From NCBI RefSeq assembly GCF_014205795.1, contig NZ_JACHCN010000003.1, positions 11,198 through 35,197 on the forward strand: DNA of 24,000 nt, in the 5' to 3' direction. The stretch is from Rhodanobacter sp. MP7CTX1 (lineage in GTDB: Bacteria > Pseudomonadota > Gammaproteobacteria > Xanthomonadales > Rhodanobacteraceae). The translations under genes and the position numbers were made by a program. Below are positions 1-9,474 of the stretch, piece after piece (position 1 is the first letter of the stretch; the number at the start of each line of letters is the position of its first letter). Below the pieces are notes generated by a model that had not been told where the DNA came from, did not search any database, and was given only the letters and a program-made list of their open reading frames with translations.

Positions 1-666
1 GATGGCAGCGAGCGCACGACCATCGTTGCCGAAGGCGCGACGCGCACGCCCAAGCAACTTCGCCTCGACATGGCAAACGGCCATATCTATTGGTGTGATC
101 GGGAAGGTATGCGAATCATGCGGGCGAATCTCGACGGCACTTCAGTCGAGGCGTTGGTGGTAACCGGTGATGCAGAGGTCCATCGCGGCGATGCGACACG
201 TTGGTGCGTAGGCATGGCGCTCGATCTCGACCGGCGTCAGGTGTACTGGACACAGAAGGGGCCACCCAGTGGCGGCCATGGCCGCATCTTCCGCGCGCCG
301 ATGGATAGACCAAGCCGTCCGTATGCCACTTCGGAAATTGAGCTTCTGATCGACAACTTGCCTGAACCAGTCGACCTCGAGTTCAACACGGGCGGCGACA
401 GTCTCTACTGGACCGATCGCTCTCGTGGTCCAGGCGGCGGCAGCGCTTACCGCGCCCGAATTGATCCAGTCACTGGCGCCCACAGCACACCTGAGGTGCT
501 TACGATGGGTCTGGATCAGCCTATTGGTCTGGCACTCGATCCCGATACGAACCGCATGTTTGTGGCCGACCTCGGCGGCAACATCCAGGTCGGTTATCTC
601 GACGGCCGGCGCTGGAGTCGACTGATCTCGGGATCCGGAAGATTCACCGGCATCTGCATGCTCTAA
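1..666 (+). CDS. YWTD-type beta-propeller repeat protein (5' end outside window)
   Basis: Frame 1 is open from base 1. Blades recur: IYWCDREG..RANLDG, VYWTQKG, LYWTDRS, MFVADLGG. Stop at 664-666. Confidence 0.7.
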   Translation, partial: DGSERTTIVAEGATRTPKQLRLDMANGHIYWCDREGMRIMRANLDGTSVEALVVTGDAEVHRGDATRWCVGMALDLDRRQVYWTQKGPPSGGHGRIFRAPMDRPSRPYATSEIELLIDNLPEPVDLEFNTGGDSLYWTDRSRGPGGGSAYRARIDPVTGAHSTPEVLTMGLDQPIGLALDPDTNRMFVADLGGNIQVGYLDGRRWSRLISGSGRFTGICML

Positions 667-735
667 CTCTTAAAAGGCCCGCCAACTAAGCCGCGCATCG
701 CGTGCTTTGCGGCAACAACTTAAAGGTGACTCATC

Positions 736-2301
736 ATGAAACTGACAGGCAAGCTATTTATCGGCGCCAGCGAAGTCGCGGCGACCGAAGGAACCATGAA
801 GGCGCTTAATCCCGCGACGAACCAGGTTATCGAGCCGGAGTTTGCGCTCGGTGGATTGGCTGAAGTCGATAGGGCAGCCTTGCTCGCCGACGATGCGTTC
901 GACAGCTACAGCCACACTTCACTCACAGAGCGCGCTCAATTCCTCGAGCGTATTGCAGACAACCTGGATGCCGTGCGCAAGGAACTGGCCGCACGCGCAT
1001 CGCTGGAAACTGGCCTTGCCGAAGCACCACTCGAAGCCGAGGCAGCTAAAGCGGCGACACAGTTCCGCCAATTCGCGGATGTGGTACGAAAGGGCCGCTT
1101 CCTGCAACTCTCCATCGATCCCGCACTGCCGGAACGCCAACCCCGGCCACGCATGGATCATCGCCTCCAGAAGATGGCGATTGGCCCGGTAACGATCTTC
1201 GGTGCGAGCAACTTTCCCATCTCCTATTCAGTGGCGGGTGGTGACACGGCGTCCGCGCTGGCATCGGGCGCAACGGTGATCCTGAAAGCCCACAACGCCC
1301 ATCCCGGCGCATCGGAAATCCAGGCGCGCGCTATCCGCAATGCGGTGCGCGAGAGCGGGCTGCATGAGGGCGTCTTCTCCATGTTGCGCGGCGAAGGCAA
1401 TGCGATCGGCGAAGCACTGGTCGATCATCCGCTCGTCAAAGCAGTGACGTTCACCGGCTCAGAGGTGGGTGGGATGGCCCTCTATCGACGCGCGCAACGG
1501 CGCCCGGACCCCATCCCGGTATTCACCGAGATGACAAGCGTCAACCCCACCTTCATTCTTCCCGCTGCGCAGGCAGCGCGAGGGGCAGCGATTGGCGATG
1601 GTTTCGCGGAACGAATGCTAGTCAACGTGGGCCAGGCATGCCTCAAGCCGGCCATTCTTATTTCCATCGAAGGCCCGGGTTTCGATGCGCTGCGTGATGC
1701 CATGGCCGAGCGCGTTGCCGGTGCACCGGCGCGCACTATGCTCACACCGGGTATTCACTCGGCCTATGAGCGCGGCGTCACGAGGTTGGAAGGCGAAGGG
1801 GCCTGCCGTGTCGCCGAGGGCGGCACATCACAAGCGGCCTTCGATGGACAGTCAGTGCTGCTCGAGGTTGATGGACAGGCTTTTTTGTCCAACGCGGCGT
1901 TGGCGGAAGAGGTCTTCGGTCCGGCTGCGTTGCTAGTGAAAGCCCGCAATGAGGAAGAGCTATTGGCCATCGCACGCTCGCTCCGCGGACAGCTCTCTGC
2001 AACCATGCACCTGGAGCCCGGTGATACGGCGCTGGCTCGTCGCCTTCTGCCTCTGCTTGAGCGTCGCACCGGACGTGTGGTCGTAAATGCCTTCTCCCAT
2101 CCGCAGGAGGTCTCCTTCGCCTCCATCCATGGCGGACCCTTCCCGGCGACCTCGGACAGCCGCTTCACCTCGGTCGGCATGACATCGATCGAGCGGTTTC
2201 TGCGGCCGATCAGCTACCAAGGCTTTCCGGACAACCTGCTGCCAGAGGCGCTACGCGACGCCAACCCTTTGGAAGTGCCGCGCCTGGTGGACGGCCAGTA
2301 A
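736..2301 (+). CDS. NAD(P)-dependent aldehyde dehydrogenase, alpha-ketoglutaric-semialdehyde-dehydrogenase-like subgroup
   Basis: 521 aa. ALDH-type motifs: FGASNFP, KAHNAHP, FTGSEVGG, catalytic-Glu region EMTSVNP, catalytic-Cys region VGQACLKP, EEVFGP. AAGG-like RBS upstream of ATG 736. Confidence 0.88.
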   Translation: MKLTGKLFIGASEVAATEGTMKALNPATNQVIEPEFALGGLAEVDRAALLADDAFDSYSHTSLTERAQFLERIADNLDAVRKELAARASLETGLAEAPLEAEAAKAATQFRQFADVVRKGRFLQLSIDPALPERQPRPRMDHRLQKMAIGPVTIFGASNFPISYSVAGGDTASALASGATVILKAHNAHPGASEIQARAIRNAVRESGLHEGVFSMLRGEGNAIGEALVDHPLVKAVTFTGSEVGGMALYRRAQRRPDPIPVFTEMTSVNPTFILPAAQAARGAAIGDGFAERMLVNVGQACLKPAILISIEGPGFDALRDAMAERVAGAPARTMLTPGIHSAYERGVTRLEGEGACRVAEGGTSQAAFDGQSVLLEVDGQAFLSNAALAEEVFGPAALLVKARNEEELLAIARSLRGQLSATMHLEPGDTALARRLLPLLERRTGRVVVNAFSHPQEVSFASIHGGPFPATSDSRFTSVGMTSIERFLRPISYQGFPDNLLPEALRDANPLEVPRLVDGQ

Positions 2302-2355
2302 GTCGTAAGCGCTTAGTGATTGCAGGATCTAACCGGGCAGCGAGGCTTTTCAACC

Positions 2356-3201
2356 ATGGATACTTCCCTCAAACAGCTGAAAATCACCCGCGAGAACAGC
2401 GCGTACTGGCGCGTGACCTTCGATAATCCCCCCATCAATCTGCTCGATGCGGCCACGGTGCCCGAGCTACTGAACCTCATCGAACTCATGGAGTCTGATC
2501 CGGATCTGCGTGTGATTGTTTTCGACAGCGCGAACCCCGAATTCTTCATCGCGCACTTCAGCGCCTCGGCCGGGCTCGACACGATAGTCACGCCCCGGCC
2601 GAACGGTCTCTATCCGTGGGTCGACTTCGTCGACCGGCTGTCCAGGGTTCCGGTGGTGACGGTTGCAGCGATCCGTGGGCGGGCGCGGGGCGTAGGCGCC
2701 GAATTTGCGCTGTCCTGTGACATTCGTTTTGGCAGCAGGGAGAAAGCTATCCTGGCGCAGATCGAAGTCGGGGTTGGCCTTTTTCCGGGCGGCGGTGCGT
2801 TGGAACGATTGCCTCGTCTGGTCGGGCGAGGGCGCGCGCTGGAAGTCATCTTGGGAGCGGACGACTTTGATGCGGTGACGGCCGAGATGTACGGATGGCT
2901 GAACCGCGCTGTCCCCGACGCAGAGTTTGAGGGTTTCGTCGACGCATTTGCTCGCCGAATCGCGTCCTTCGATAAGCAAGCTCTTTCGGAGGCCAAGCGC
3001 CTTCTCAATGCGCATTATGATGAGCCGTCATCCGCGTCAGTCAACGAATCCCAGCAGGCCTTCTTTGGCGCCTATCGTTGGCCAGGCGCGGCAACGCGTG
3101 CTCCCAAACTTGCGGCGCTTGGTGTTGGCCGTTATAGCGATCTTGAGCTGAACTTTGGTCGCTACCTAAGTCAGCTCAACGACGGCGCGAGCGCGAAGTA
3201 A
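2356..3201 (+). CDS. enoyl-CoA hydratase/isomerase (crotonase) family protein
   Basis: Crotonase pattern: WRVTFDNPPINLL, VIVFDSANPEFFIAHF, AAIRGRARGVGAEFALSCDIRF, GLFPGGGALERLPRLVG. ATG at 2356 preferred over the TTG at 2320 used by the ORF track. Confidence 0.85.
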   Translation: MDTSLKQLKITRENSAYWRVTFDNPPINLLDAATVPELLNLIELMESDPDLRVIVFDSANPEFFIAHFSASAGLDTIVTPRPNGLYPWVDFVDRLSRVPVVTVAAIRGRARGVGAEFALSCDIRFGSREKAILAQIEVGVGLFPGGGALERLPRLVGRGRALEVILGADDFDAVTAEMYGWLNRAVPDAEFEGFVDAFARRIASFDKQALSEAKRLLNAHYDEPSSASVNESQQAFFGAYRWPGAATRAPKLAALGVGRYSDLELNFGRYLSQLNDGASAK

Positions 3202-3444
3202 TGGACTTCCCCGGAGATGATGGCACTTCCAGCCTATGTTTATGTCAGTCGGGAGCCTGAACTACTTTGGTTCGTCAAAGTTCTTGGCCATCGGGTGCCA
3301 GACAGCAATCGTTATGACGACTGGGAGTCCCTTGACCTAACGCTTCGCTCGCATCAGAGAAACGAGGGGTTTATCGTGCGTAGGGACCGTCCGTAGGGAA
3401 TGTCTGAACAACTCGGCGCGCGAGGCCGCCTGATTGGTGTCAGC

Positions 3445-3911
3445 TCACCTCTGGTGCCATCGGCGCCGAGTTCTGAAATCCAGGGCGACGATCATCGGGT
3501 TGCGCATCAGTGTCCTCGTTGCCTGCCCGCCCGCAGGACGGTATCGGCCGAAGTTCAATTCGAAGTCGCTCGGAGCACCGTAACCCATACTGCCGACCTT
3601 GGAACGGCCTGCGTGCTGGACCATGCGAGGATTGAGAAGAACATGTCGATGCTCGACTAAAGCTCGGCTGCTGTCCGCGTCCAGAACTGATTGATCCATG
3701 CCTTCGCCGCGACCAACGTTTCACGGTCGAACGAGGCCAGACGCCGGAGGAGCGCATCGACAAACGAGTCGAGGTCGTCATCGTCCAGCGTGGGGCTCAC
3801 CCAGCGGGTGTCTTTCCACTTTCGGGGCGTCCGTAGGATTAGCCGGTCCAGGGCCATTTCTTGCAGTCGCGCCGGCGAGGCATCGACCACAGCGATGGTG
3901 ACAGCGCCCAT
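3445..3911 (-). pseudogene. decayed enoyl-CoA hydratase paralog: 3' half only, frameshifted
   Basis: Two minus-strand frames match the C-terminal half of the intact crotonase at 2356-3201. LDDDDLDSFVDALLRRLASFDRETLVAAKAWIN matches VPDAEFEGFVDAFARRIASFDKQALSEAKRLLN. In a second frame SDFELNFGRY matches SDLELNFGRY. No N-terminal half is present, and the frame switch lies near 3660-3700. Confidence 0.6.
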
Positions 3912-3924
3912 CAGAGCCGCCGCA

Positions 3925-4605
3925 TCACAAGGGCAGTCCCTTCCCATCCTGCTCGCGGATGAGGTACTCCGCGTACCAGTCCGGCCAATTCTCATCGCGC
4001 TGGCCGCCGGTACGCTTCTCGTGCTCGCCGTGCGCAGCCTCCGCCCGCCGCAGCGCAGCCGCGAGATCCGCCGATGAGGTGAATGTCGTGACATCCGTGT
4101 CGATGCGGCCGGGTGCTCGATGGGTGAGTTCCTGGAACAGCCAGCCATTGCCGTCCGGATCGTTGAACGAGGCGAACGAGCGGTAGCTGCTACGTTCGGG
4201 ATCCGGACCGCTAACCCGGACCCTCCCGAACAGGTAAGGCTCGTCCTGGCCGGCGTACACGCCAGCGGCGTCGTGGAATACTTCGCTGATCTCCACGCCG
4301 CGACCGACCAGTTCTTTACGAGCTGCCTCGACGTCGGAGACGATCAGGTAGAGGCCCTGGGCGGATCCGGGGGTGGCCGCGGTGACGTTCTTGCCGAAGA
4401 TGACTGAGCACCCGGAACCGGGCGGGGTGAACTGAATCACGCGGAAGTAGCCATCCTCTGAAGGGTAATCAGCGTCTAACCGCCACCCCAGGCCACCGTA
4501 AAAGCGCTTGGCGCGATCAACGTCCGAAACAGGGATGACGATGATCTCGAGCTTCATATCCACACCCCGTGCATGCGGGGTTTCAACTGCAGCGCTGCTC
4601 ATCAT
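3925..4605 (-). CDS. VOC/glyoxalase-bleomycin-resistance family protein
   Basis: MKLEIIVIPVSDVDRAKRFYGGLGWRLDAD... is typical of the VOC fold. GGAGG lies 5 nt upstream of the ATG at 4605, so the longer track ORF (to 4659) is probably an over-extension. Confidence 0.82.
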   Translation of the reverse strand: MMSSAAVETPHARGVDMKLEIIVIPVSDVDRAKRFYGGLGWRLDADYPSEDGYFRVIQFTPPGSGCSVIFGKNVTAATPGSAQGLYLIVSDVEAARKELVGRGVEISEVFHDAAGVYAGQDEPYLFGRVRVSGPDPERSSYRSFASFNDPDGNGWLFQELTHRAPGRIDTDVTTFTSSADLAAALRRAEAAHGEHEKRTGGQRDENWPDWYAEYLIREQDGKGLPL

Positions 4606-4808
4606 GTGGACCTCCGATAGCTTGGGCCGCAACGCGGCCTTTGAGATTGACGACAACAAAGCTTGGTAAACGGAACCGGGCTGTGAAACGTCAACGAGAC
4701 CAGGGTGGCGTGCAACCCGTACTCGCTACGCCGCATCTCTTGGCGCCGGGTCGGCCGTGACGATCGGGCGGGCATGGACGGCGCTTGGCTGCCCATGCCC
4801 GCCCCACT

Positions 4809-5035
4809 TTACTCCGAGATCAGATGCGTGGCATGGGTGACGGTCCCACCGGCGCGCAGGTTTGCAGCGACGAACGCGGTTTCGGCATGCTCCACTTTGG
4901 TGGCCCGGCCTTAAACGCCTCCCCCCTGTGGGTTTCGATGCAATAGGGGCACTGCGTGGTCAGCGCCACCGCCATCATCTCCACTTCTTCGGGATCGCGC
5001 CGTCGCCGGGAGATCTCTGTTTTTGCCTGGATCAA
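4809..5035 (-). pseudogene. carboxymuconolactone decarboxylase/AhpD-like gene, N-terminally truncated and frameshifted
   Basis: One frame carries the CxxC core motif TTQCPYCIETH. The expected C-terminus ATKVEHAETAFVAANLRAGGTVTHATHLISE* continues in a different frame, switching near 4905-4915. The N-terminal ~40+ residues are missing at the composition break near 5040. Confidence 0.62.
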
Positions 5036-5262
5036 GTTTAAGGGGAGTCGACAGGGCGAGGAGGCCTACTCGTTTTCGCGGAAGCAAGGGCGTGCCACAA
5101 TCGTTAGTGGCTCTGTATACGTCTCCTGTAATCACTATGGAGTTACTTCGCTAAAGTTTCTGAACTGTCTGCCGATCCATGTGTGAAGGTAAATGGAGTG
5201 GACATGTCAAAGGTATTTGAGGGCCATGTCGCTCGAGTTTCGCCCTGTTTCGGATCAATCTG

Positions 5263-5859
5263 ATGCCCTACACAGAAGATTTCCGCTCCGCCGAAGAAAG
5301 GTCACGTCGTTTGGGCCTGGCTGTTCCCGCGTATGCATTTGAATCAGAACGTCGGTGGCTCGATGCCACTGCGCACGCTCAGTTTCCTTACATCGTACGT
5401 GGGGGCTTGGGTGAATTGGACTTCAGCGACGTTGTGGGTCAGTGCTTGGCCATTCACTATCGTCTGCTGCCAGTGATTCAAGAATGGCTTGGCTGCCCTG
5501 TTCTTTACACAAACGGTTGGGTCGACGACGGCACTGAGAATGGGATGTTCCGTTTCGATGAGATGTTCATCGAAGATAGACTACGGACCTATCGCACTGG
5601 AGGGCTAGTCAACATCCATGCGTGGCTAACATTGCCCAGTATGGAAATCATCGATGTATCACTAGCGACCAGTATGGCGGTACTGCAAGGATTGCCAAGC
5701 GGGCACGGTGGCGTGATTGCCATGCATGGGGATCAGACACGAGGGTTTAGCTACAAGCCAATGCTTGTTGGCTTAGATTTTCTGCATAAAACTGGTATGG
5801 CAGGATCTCGCGACGACGGTCGTGCAGCATGTAGTTACGTGCTGGCTGGAAGGAAGTAA
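5263..5859 (+). CDS. hypothetical protein with Cys61/His119/Asp131 pattern (possible transglutaminase/papain-like thiol hydrolase fold)
   Basis: 198 aa with an ATG start. GQCLAIH...NIHAWLTLPSMEIIDVS has the same residue pattern and spacing as the ORF at 10151-10780. The fold assignment is inference only. Confidence 0.55.
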   Translation: MPYTEDFRSAEERSRRLGLAVPAYAFESERRWLDATAHAQFPYIVRGGLGELDFSDVVGQCLAIHYRLLPVIQEWLGCPVLYTNGWVDDGTENGMFRFDEMFIEDRLRTYRTGGLVNIHAWLTLPSMEIIDVSLATSMAVLQGLPSGHGGVIAMHGDQTRGFSYKPMLVGLDFLHKTGMAGSRDDGRAACSYVLAGRK

Positions 5860-5928
5860 ACCGGTCTAGACGGGCCGGTACTCGCGACACATGGCGTTTG
5901 GGCAGCCGGCGTCGGCTCACAATGTCTC

Positions 5929-7041
5929 TTGCCCAACTTTGACTACATTGAATCGGTGGACCTTCGCAACTCGCTGCAAGGCGATTACGAGGAAATGCAA
6001 AAAGCCGCCAAGGTGGGAGCTTGGAAGAGCGCCCAGGTCATGGCTGGTAGCATCGTCGAATGCTTACTTGTCGATTATCTGCTTTCGAAGCCCGACGGGC
6101 CGCCCGGAAAGAATCCCCTAAAAATGGACCTCGCCGAAGCCATTGCTGCTTGCAAGGAGGATGGCGCAATTTCCGACCGAACGGCGGATCTGTGCGCTGT
6201 CGTCCGGTCATATAGAAACCTGATCCACCCAGGCCGAATGATTCGACTCGAAGAGAAGGCGCCAAACCGCGCGTCCGGTGAAATCGCGGTTGCACTGATC
6301 GAGCTGATCGTTGACGACATCGCGCAAACCAGAAGAGACACGGTAGGTCTGACTGCTGAGCAGATTCTCCAGAAGATCGAGAAAGATTTCCAAATTCAGT
6401 CGATATTGAGGCACCTTCTTGACGAAGTGCGGGAGGCTCAGCGCGTCAGACTTCTCACTGACCTTCTCCCCAAAGCACATCGGGCCCATCTAGGGTATTT
6501 CGAAGGTCAAGAGGTAGCGAAACGCATCGAGGCAGCCTTTCGAACGATATTTGAGTCGCTTTCCGCTTCTCGGAAAACGGAAGTAGCTGATCGCTTCGCG
6601 CGTTTGCTGCGGGAAGAGGATGGTGAAGTTATTGCGACCTACCGAATGGCTTTCTTCAAGGGGTCCGACCTGGAGCACCTGAGTCCGCAACACCTCGCGA
6701 TCGTCAAGGAGCATATCTTCGGATCGATCGGTAACTTGCTCAGAGACGAAGACTTAGCTGTCCTCGCCGGGATCGGCAAATTTCTAGTACCTGAGGACGC
6801 ACGGCGCTGGTTCGGGCCAATCATGTTATCGATTCTGTCGCCGAGCATCGAACAACAATTGAAGAAGAAGGCAAGGATCATAGCGATTGAAACGATAGCC
6901 CAGTCTGACTATGCCTTCTGGCAGGCCGCTGACAGGGTGGCGGCATCATGGATCAAGGCATACGAAGAGCGTGGAAAGTCCGACACCGTGGATCTTATTC
7001 AAGGATTCAGGAGCGACCTTGATGATTCGATTCCCTTCTGA
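5929..7041 (+). CDS. HEPN-domain protein (N-terminal HEPN plus ~230-aa helical C-terminal region)
   Basis: 370 aa. RSYRNLIHPGR (R93/R96...H100, nt 6205-6228) follows a helix with a conserved Glu (SIVECLLVDYL), a typical HEPN layout. The start is uncertain: TTG 5929, GTG 5956 or ATG 5995. Confidence 0.62.
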   Translation: MPNFDYIESVDLRNSLQGDYEEMQKAAKVGAWKSAQVMAGSIVECLLVDYLLSKPDGPPGKNPLKMDLAEAIAACKEDGAISDRTADLCAVVRSYRNLIHPGRMIRLEEKAPNRASGEIAVALIELIVDDIAQTRRDTVGLTAEQILQKIEKDFQIQSILRHLLDEVREAQRVRLLTDLLPKAHRAHLGYFEGQEVAKRIEAAFRTIFESLSASRKTEVADRFARLLREEDGEVIATYRMAFFKGSDLEHLSPQHLAIVKEHIFGSIGNLLRDEDLAVLAGIGKFLVPEDARRWFGPIMLSILSPSIEQQLKKKARIIAIETIAQSDYAFWQAADRVAASWIKAYEERGKSDTVDLIQGFRSDLDDSIPF

Positions 7042-7131
7042 TCATGAAGCGATAGGTTGGCAACTGATCAGGAAAAGTTCGCACGATCGTGGTGGGCTTG
7101 CGCAGCGGCATGCGGGCAACTTCTCTCCCCC

Positions 7132-7344
7132 TCATTGTGGTGGCAACCCACCTGTCACCGCGATCCACGCGGAGCGGGTGTAGTGCTCGATTTCCGAGTC
7201 TGAGGTCAATCGGTCGAGCAACAGTTTCATTTCGTGCTGATCGGAACCGGGCCGCAACGGCCCGGATTGGCGCTCGATCGCCAACACTGCTATAGCGAGC
7301 GCCTTTTTCACCAAATGCAGATCTCGTAATTCGATATTCGCCAT
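7132..7344 (-). CDS. small hypothetical protein (70 aa)
   Basis: ATG at 7344 is preceded by GAGGA at 6-nt spacing. Sequence begins MANIELRDLHLVKKALAIAVLAIERQ... No recognisable family. Confidence 0.4.
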   Translation of the reverse strand: MANIELRDLHLVKKALAIAVLAIERQSGPLRPGSDQHEMKLLLDRLTSDSEIEHYTRSAWIAVTGGLPPQ

Positions 7345-7505
7345 AGCGCATCCTCGATCCACGAAGAGGCAAAGAGAATAGCGCGACCGGCCAGTGAGCA
7401 CCTCACGCGAGTGTGCATCAAAGCTGGATCCCCGCATTCAAGTTCGCCCGCTCAAATACTCGTAGTTGTTTACCGTCACGTAGTAGCAGGAAGGAACGTT
7501 CGTAG

Positions 7506-7790
7506 CCAGGAAACCAAAGCGTACTCGCTTATCTTCCGAAAATATCTCACTGGGCGAAGGCGCCTGTCAGATGGCTGGCTGGATACATCCCCAAACTAAG
7601 AGGATTGGTCGAGCCTCAAGGGGTGCCCAAGGTGAAGAAGAAAGCGGCGGGATCCTTGCGGGCCGTCGGCAAGCGCTTTGTGTTCTTTGTCGACGATATC
7701 GACCGATTGACACCCAATGAAGCCCTGGACTTTTCCGAGAGATCGAGGCTCTCGGTGATTTCCCAGAGGTGGTTTACACCCAACCTCAAA
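7506..7790 (+). pseudogene. KAP P-loop NTPase gene fragment (Walker B region only, frameshifted)
   Basis: GKRFVFFVDDIDRLTPNEALD matches DRRVLIIIDDIDRLAPDEALG of the intact KAP at 14001-16136. After a frame change, LFREIEALGDFPEVVY matches VFRLVKSIGRLPNVMY. No Walker A is present. The fragment ends where the HEPN gene 3' end (7786) abuts. Boundaries are approximate. Confidence 0.55.
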
Positions 7791-8600
7791 ACTGCACTCC
7801 AGTCTCCCATTTCATCCTTAAATCGATGTTGGCGGTGACCGTCGCGAGTTGAGTCGCTGCATGGACTGCTTGCATGCAGTCATGTGCGTGGCAGACGGTT
7901 GATCCAGGTTCATGCACCAATTGGTTACGGAGCTTGCGAAGTGTGTCCACCAGGTCGGCAATCTTGGCAGGAATCAAGCCGGTGTCACGGAGTTCATTGA
8001 CCATTTTGCTGACTGGAATGGGGCGGCCGTTTTTTTGTGACCGAGGGCCAAAGATGGCCTTGACGGAAGACTCGATAACGAACCATAGAAGTGTGAAGGA
8101 GACCTTGTAGTCGTTGTTCTTGTAGGCTGTCTTCGCTTTTGCAATGAACGATAGTCTCTTCACCAAATCGGCGTCTTTCGACACGAAAGTAAAACTATCT
8201 AGGGCGTCTACAATCACCGATCTCTTGACCACGCGCCAAAGCGCCAAGTCATCGAGTGTCTCATTGGTGGTCAAAGGCGTCTTCATTCCGCCGGCTATCC
8301 ATGCAGTCAGATCGCTTCGTGCGCGCAGAGGCGACCAGCGTCGAGGATATCTTCGATTAACCACCGAGCCGTCCAGGAAGCCGACTCTACAGGTATCAGA
8401 GATCGACACTGCATCGGCTAAGGCCTCCTGCGAAATCGTGCATTTGAGTGATTCAGACTCGATAAGAAGTAGCAAAGTGTTCGCGTAGTCCAAGTGCTCA
8501 TCCCACCACTGGACAGACTCGTTGAGCTTGTTGGGGTCGCCCATGTTAGGTATGGATGTCGCTAGATGGTCCATTCTCAGAAGAACTAGGCCATCGATAC

Positions 8601-8604
8601 ACAC
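8601..8604. repeat. target-site duplication ACAC (left copy)
   Basis: ACAC lies immediately outside the IS terminus, and an identical ACAC sits at 9794-9797. Confidence 0.75.
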
Positions 8605-8645
8605 CGACGTCCCCCCGCTTTCAGTAGCGGAGCGAATTAGAGTCC
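8605..8645. repeat. IS terminal inverted repeat (orfB-proximal end)
   Basis: CGACGTCCCCCCGCTTTCAGTAGCGGAGCGAATTAGAGTCC compared with the reverse complement of 9752-9793. The first 13 nt are identical, then the two are similar with one indel. Confidence 0.72.
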
Positions 8646-8649
8646 GGGA

Positions 8650-9474
8650 TTACTGTAACTGTTTTGCATAGGCGGCAGGCGTCAGTCCGCCGAGTGCTTT
8701 CTTGGGTCGTTCCTCGTTGTATTCCCGACGCCAGCTTTCGATCTCGGTGCGTGCGTGTAACAGGCTGGGAAACCAGTGCTCGTTGAGGCATTCATCGCGA
8801 AAGCGGCCATTGAACGATTCGATATAAGCGTTCTGGTTGGGCTTGCCTGGTTCGATCAGGCGAAGCTGCACGCCACGTTCGTGTGCCCAGGTGACCATGG
8901 CCTTGCCGCAGAACTCTTTGCCGTTGTCGCTGCGAATGACTTTGGGCAGGCCGCGACTGAGCGCAAGACGATCCAGCACGCGCGCCAGGCCCATGCCGGA
9001 GATCGCCCGTTCAACCTCGATAACGACTGCCTCGTGGGTGGCATCGTCGACCACGGTTAGGCACTTGATGACACGAGCATCCGCCGTGCGATCAAACACG
9101 AAATCCATCGACCATACCTCGTTGGGTGCCGACGGCCGCAACAGCGGTTGCCGCTCAGCTACTGGCACTTTCTTCCGCTTGCGTCGGCGCACCTGCAGCT
9201 TCGCTTCCTGGTACAGACGCTCCACGCGTTTGTAGTTCACCAGCAGTCCCTCCTGTCGAAGCTTCAGGTAGATCATCCCCACGCCGTAGCGCTTGTGCCG
9301 CTGTGCCAGGGCCACGATCCGTTGTCGAAGATCCTCGTTACCATCCGGGCGCGTCTCGTAGCGATACGCACTGGCACTCATGCCCACGATCGCCAGCGAC
9401 CGGCGTTCGCTCAAGCCCTTGTCCACTATGTGCCGCACCAACTCGCGTCGAGCCGGTGCGCTCACCACTTTTTT
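8650..9474 (-). CDS. IS3-family transposase OrfB (DDE/rve catalytic domain), expressed as an OrfAB fusion by -1 frameshift
   Basis: The -1 frame from the slippery site reads [13 protein letters not shown]... and runs to the stop at 8650. It has an rve-type DDE triad. The upstream part of the 375-aa track ORF is a shadow of orfA. Confidence 0.88.
   Translation of the reverse strand, partial: KKVVSAPARRELVRHIVDKGLSERRSLAIVGMSASAYRYETRPDGNEDLRQRIVALAQRHKRYGVGMIYLKLRQEGLLVNYKRVERLYQEAKLQVRRRKRKKVPVAERQPLLRPSAPNEVWSMDFVFDRTADARVIKCLTVVDDATHEAVVIEVERAISGMGLARVLDRLALSRGLPKVIRSDNGKEFCGKAMVTWAHERGVQLRLIEPGKPNQNAYIESFNGRFRDECLNEHWFPSLLHARTEIESWRREYNEERPKKALGGLTPAAYAKQLQ

Noticed and set aside
842-2220. 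Many 60-140-aa ORFs overlapping or antisense to the aldehyde dehydrogenase gene. Similar ORFs lie inside the crotonase, KAP, 505-aa and transposase genes, for example 13987-14487, 14487-15182, 15858-16370 and 19653-20829.
   Set aside because: These are typical shadow ORFs of GC-rich coding DNA. They give low-complexity Arg/Ala/Pro/Ser-rich translations, have no RBS, and are fully nested in well-supported genes.
3217-3396. A 59-codon ORF (MMALPAYVYVSREPELLWFVKVLGHRVPD...) after the crotonase gene, with GGAG directly upstream.
   Set aside because: The RBS spacing is too short, no family is recognised, and the codon usage is atypical. It is kept only as a possibility.
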